Positions 63,730 through 63,854 of a DNA stretch of 63,854 bases are shown here, piece by piece. The notes under the pieces were generated by a model that saw only the letters and a program-made list of their open reading frames with translations, was not told the origin of the DNA and did no database searches. Numbering within the stretch: the first letter of the stretch is position 1; every line of letters begins with the position of its first letter. Both the position numbers and the translations under genes were made by a program. The DNA comes from Thiomonas sp. (lineage in GTDB: Bacteria > Pseudomonadota > Gammaproteobacteria > Burkholderiales > Burkholderiaceae_C): contig JAGDVQ010000095.1 in assembly GCA_023255715.1 (NCBI GenBank), positions 1-63,854 on the forward strand, in the 5' to 3' direction.

Positions 63730-63854
63730 AGCGGCAGGCGTTTTGTCGCCAGCGGCGCAAAGCCGTGGTTCAGCGGGCCGTGGCCGTGGCCGAGCTGCAG
63801 GTCTGCCCCGGCGCGCAGCGCCTGCTGCGCATAGTCCAGGCCGAGCTGCACGGC
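63726..63854 (-). CDS. thiD: 3' end of HMP/HMP-P kinase (partial, runs off the window)
   Basis: Minus-strand translation AVQLGLDYAQQALRAGADLQLGHGHGPLNHGFAP...stop matches the ThiD C-terminal G.G.GP.NH motif. Confidence 0.8.
   Translation of the reverse strand, partial: AVQLGLDYAQQALRAGADLQLGHGHGPLNHGFAPLATKRLPL

Overview
GC-rich betaproteobacterial (Burkholderiales-like; taxon inferred from gene order, not proven) chromosomal window. Most of it is core genome: gltBD; sppA/maf/yceD-rpmF-plsX-fabHDG-acpP-fabF; rpoE-rseAB-degQ-lepAB-rnc-era-recO-pdxJ-acpS-nagZ; prmA-accCB-aroQ; uup; a TPP riboswitch with cytX; and the 3' end of thiD. QseBC-like and RegBA-like two-component systems are also present. 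Strongest candidates for something new: (1) an intact but catalytically dead REP-associated tyrosine transposase (RAYT) homolog, followed by an AT-rich TGTCCC/GGGACA inverted repeat directly upstream of the gltBD promoter, suggesting a domesticated transposase/operator module; (2) a bufferin-like MNIO (DUF692) RiPP metallophore locus (ECF sigma/zf-HC2 anti-sigma, DUF2282 precursor with an unusual C-terminal tail, DUF692, DUF2063, DoxX) extended by three divergent DsbG-like thiol oxidoreductases (CPYC, CPYC, CPYS) and an outer-membrane barrel gene. Also seen: a ~165-bp MITE-like element in two copies, each touching a stop codon; a degenerate acyl-CoA dehydrogenase/crotonase pair; a frameshifted cbpM; a RegB lacking its redox cysteine; a YeeE/YedE pair inserted in the maf-yceD region; and an FNR-box promoter driving a Met/Gly-rich secreted protein. 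No rRNA, tRNA or CRISPR array was seen. Family assignments come from motif recognition by eye, not from database searches.
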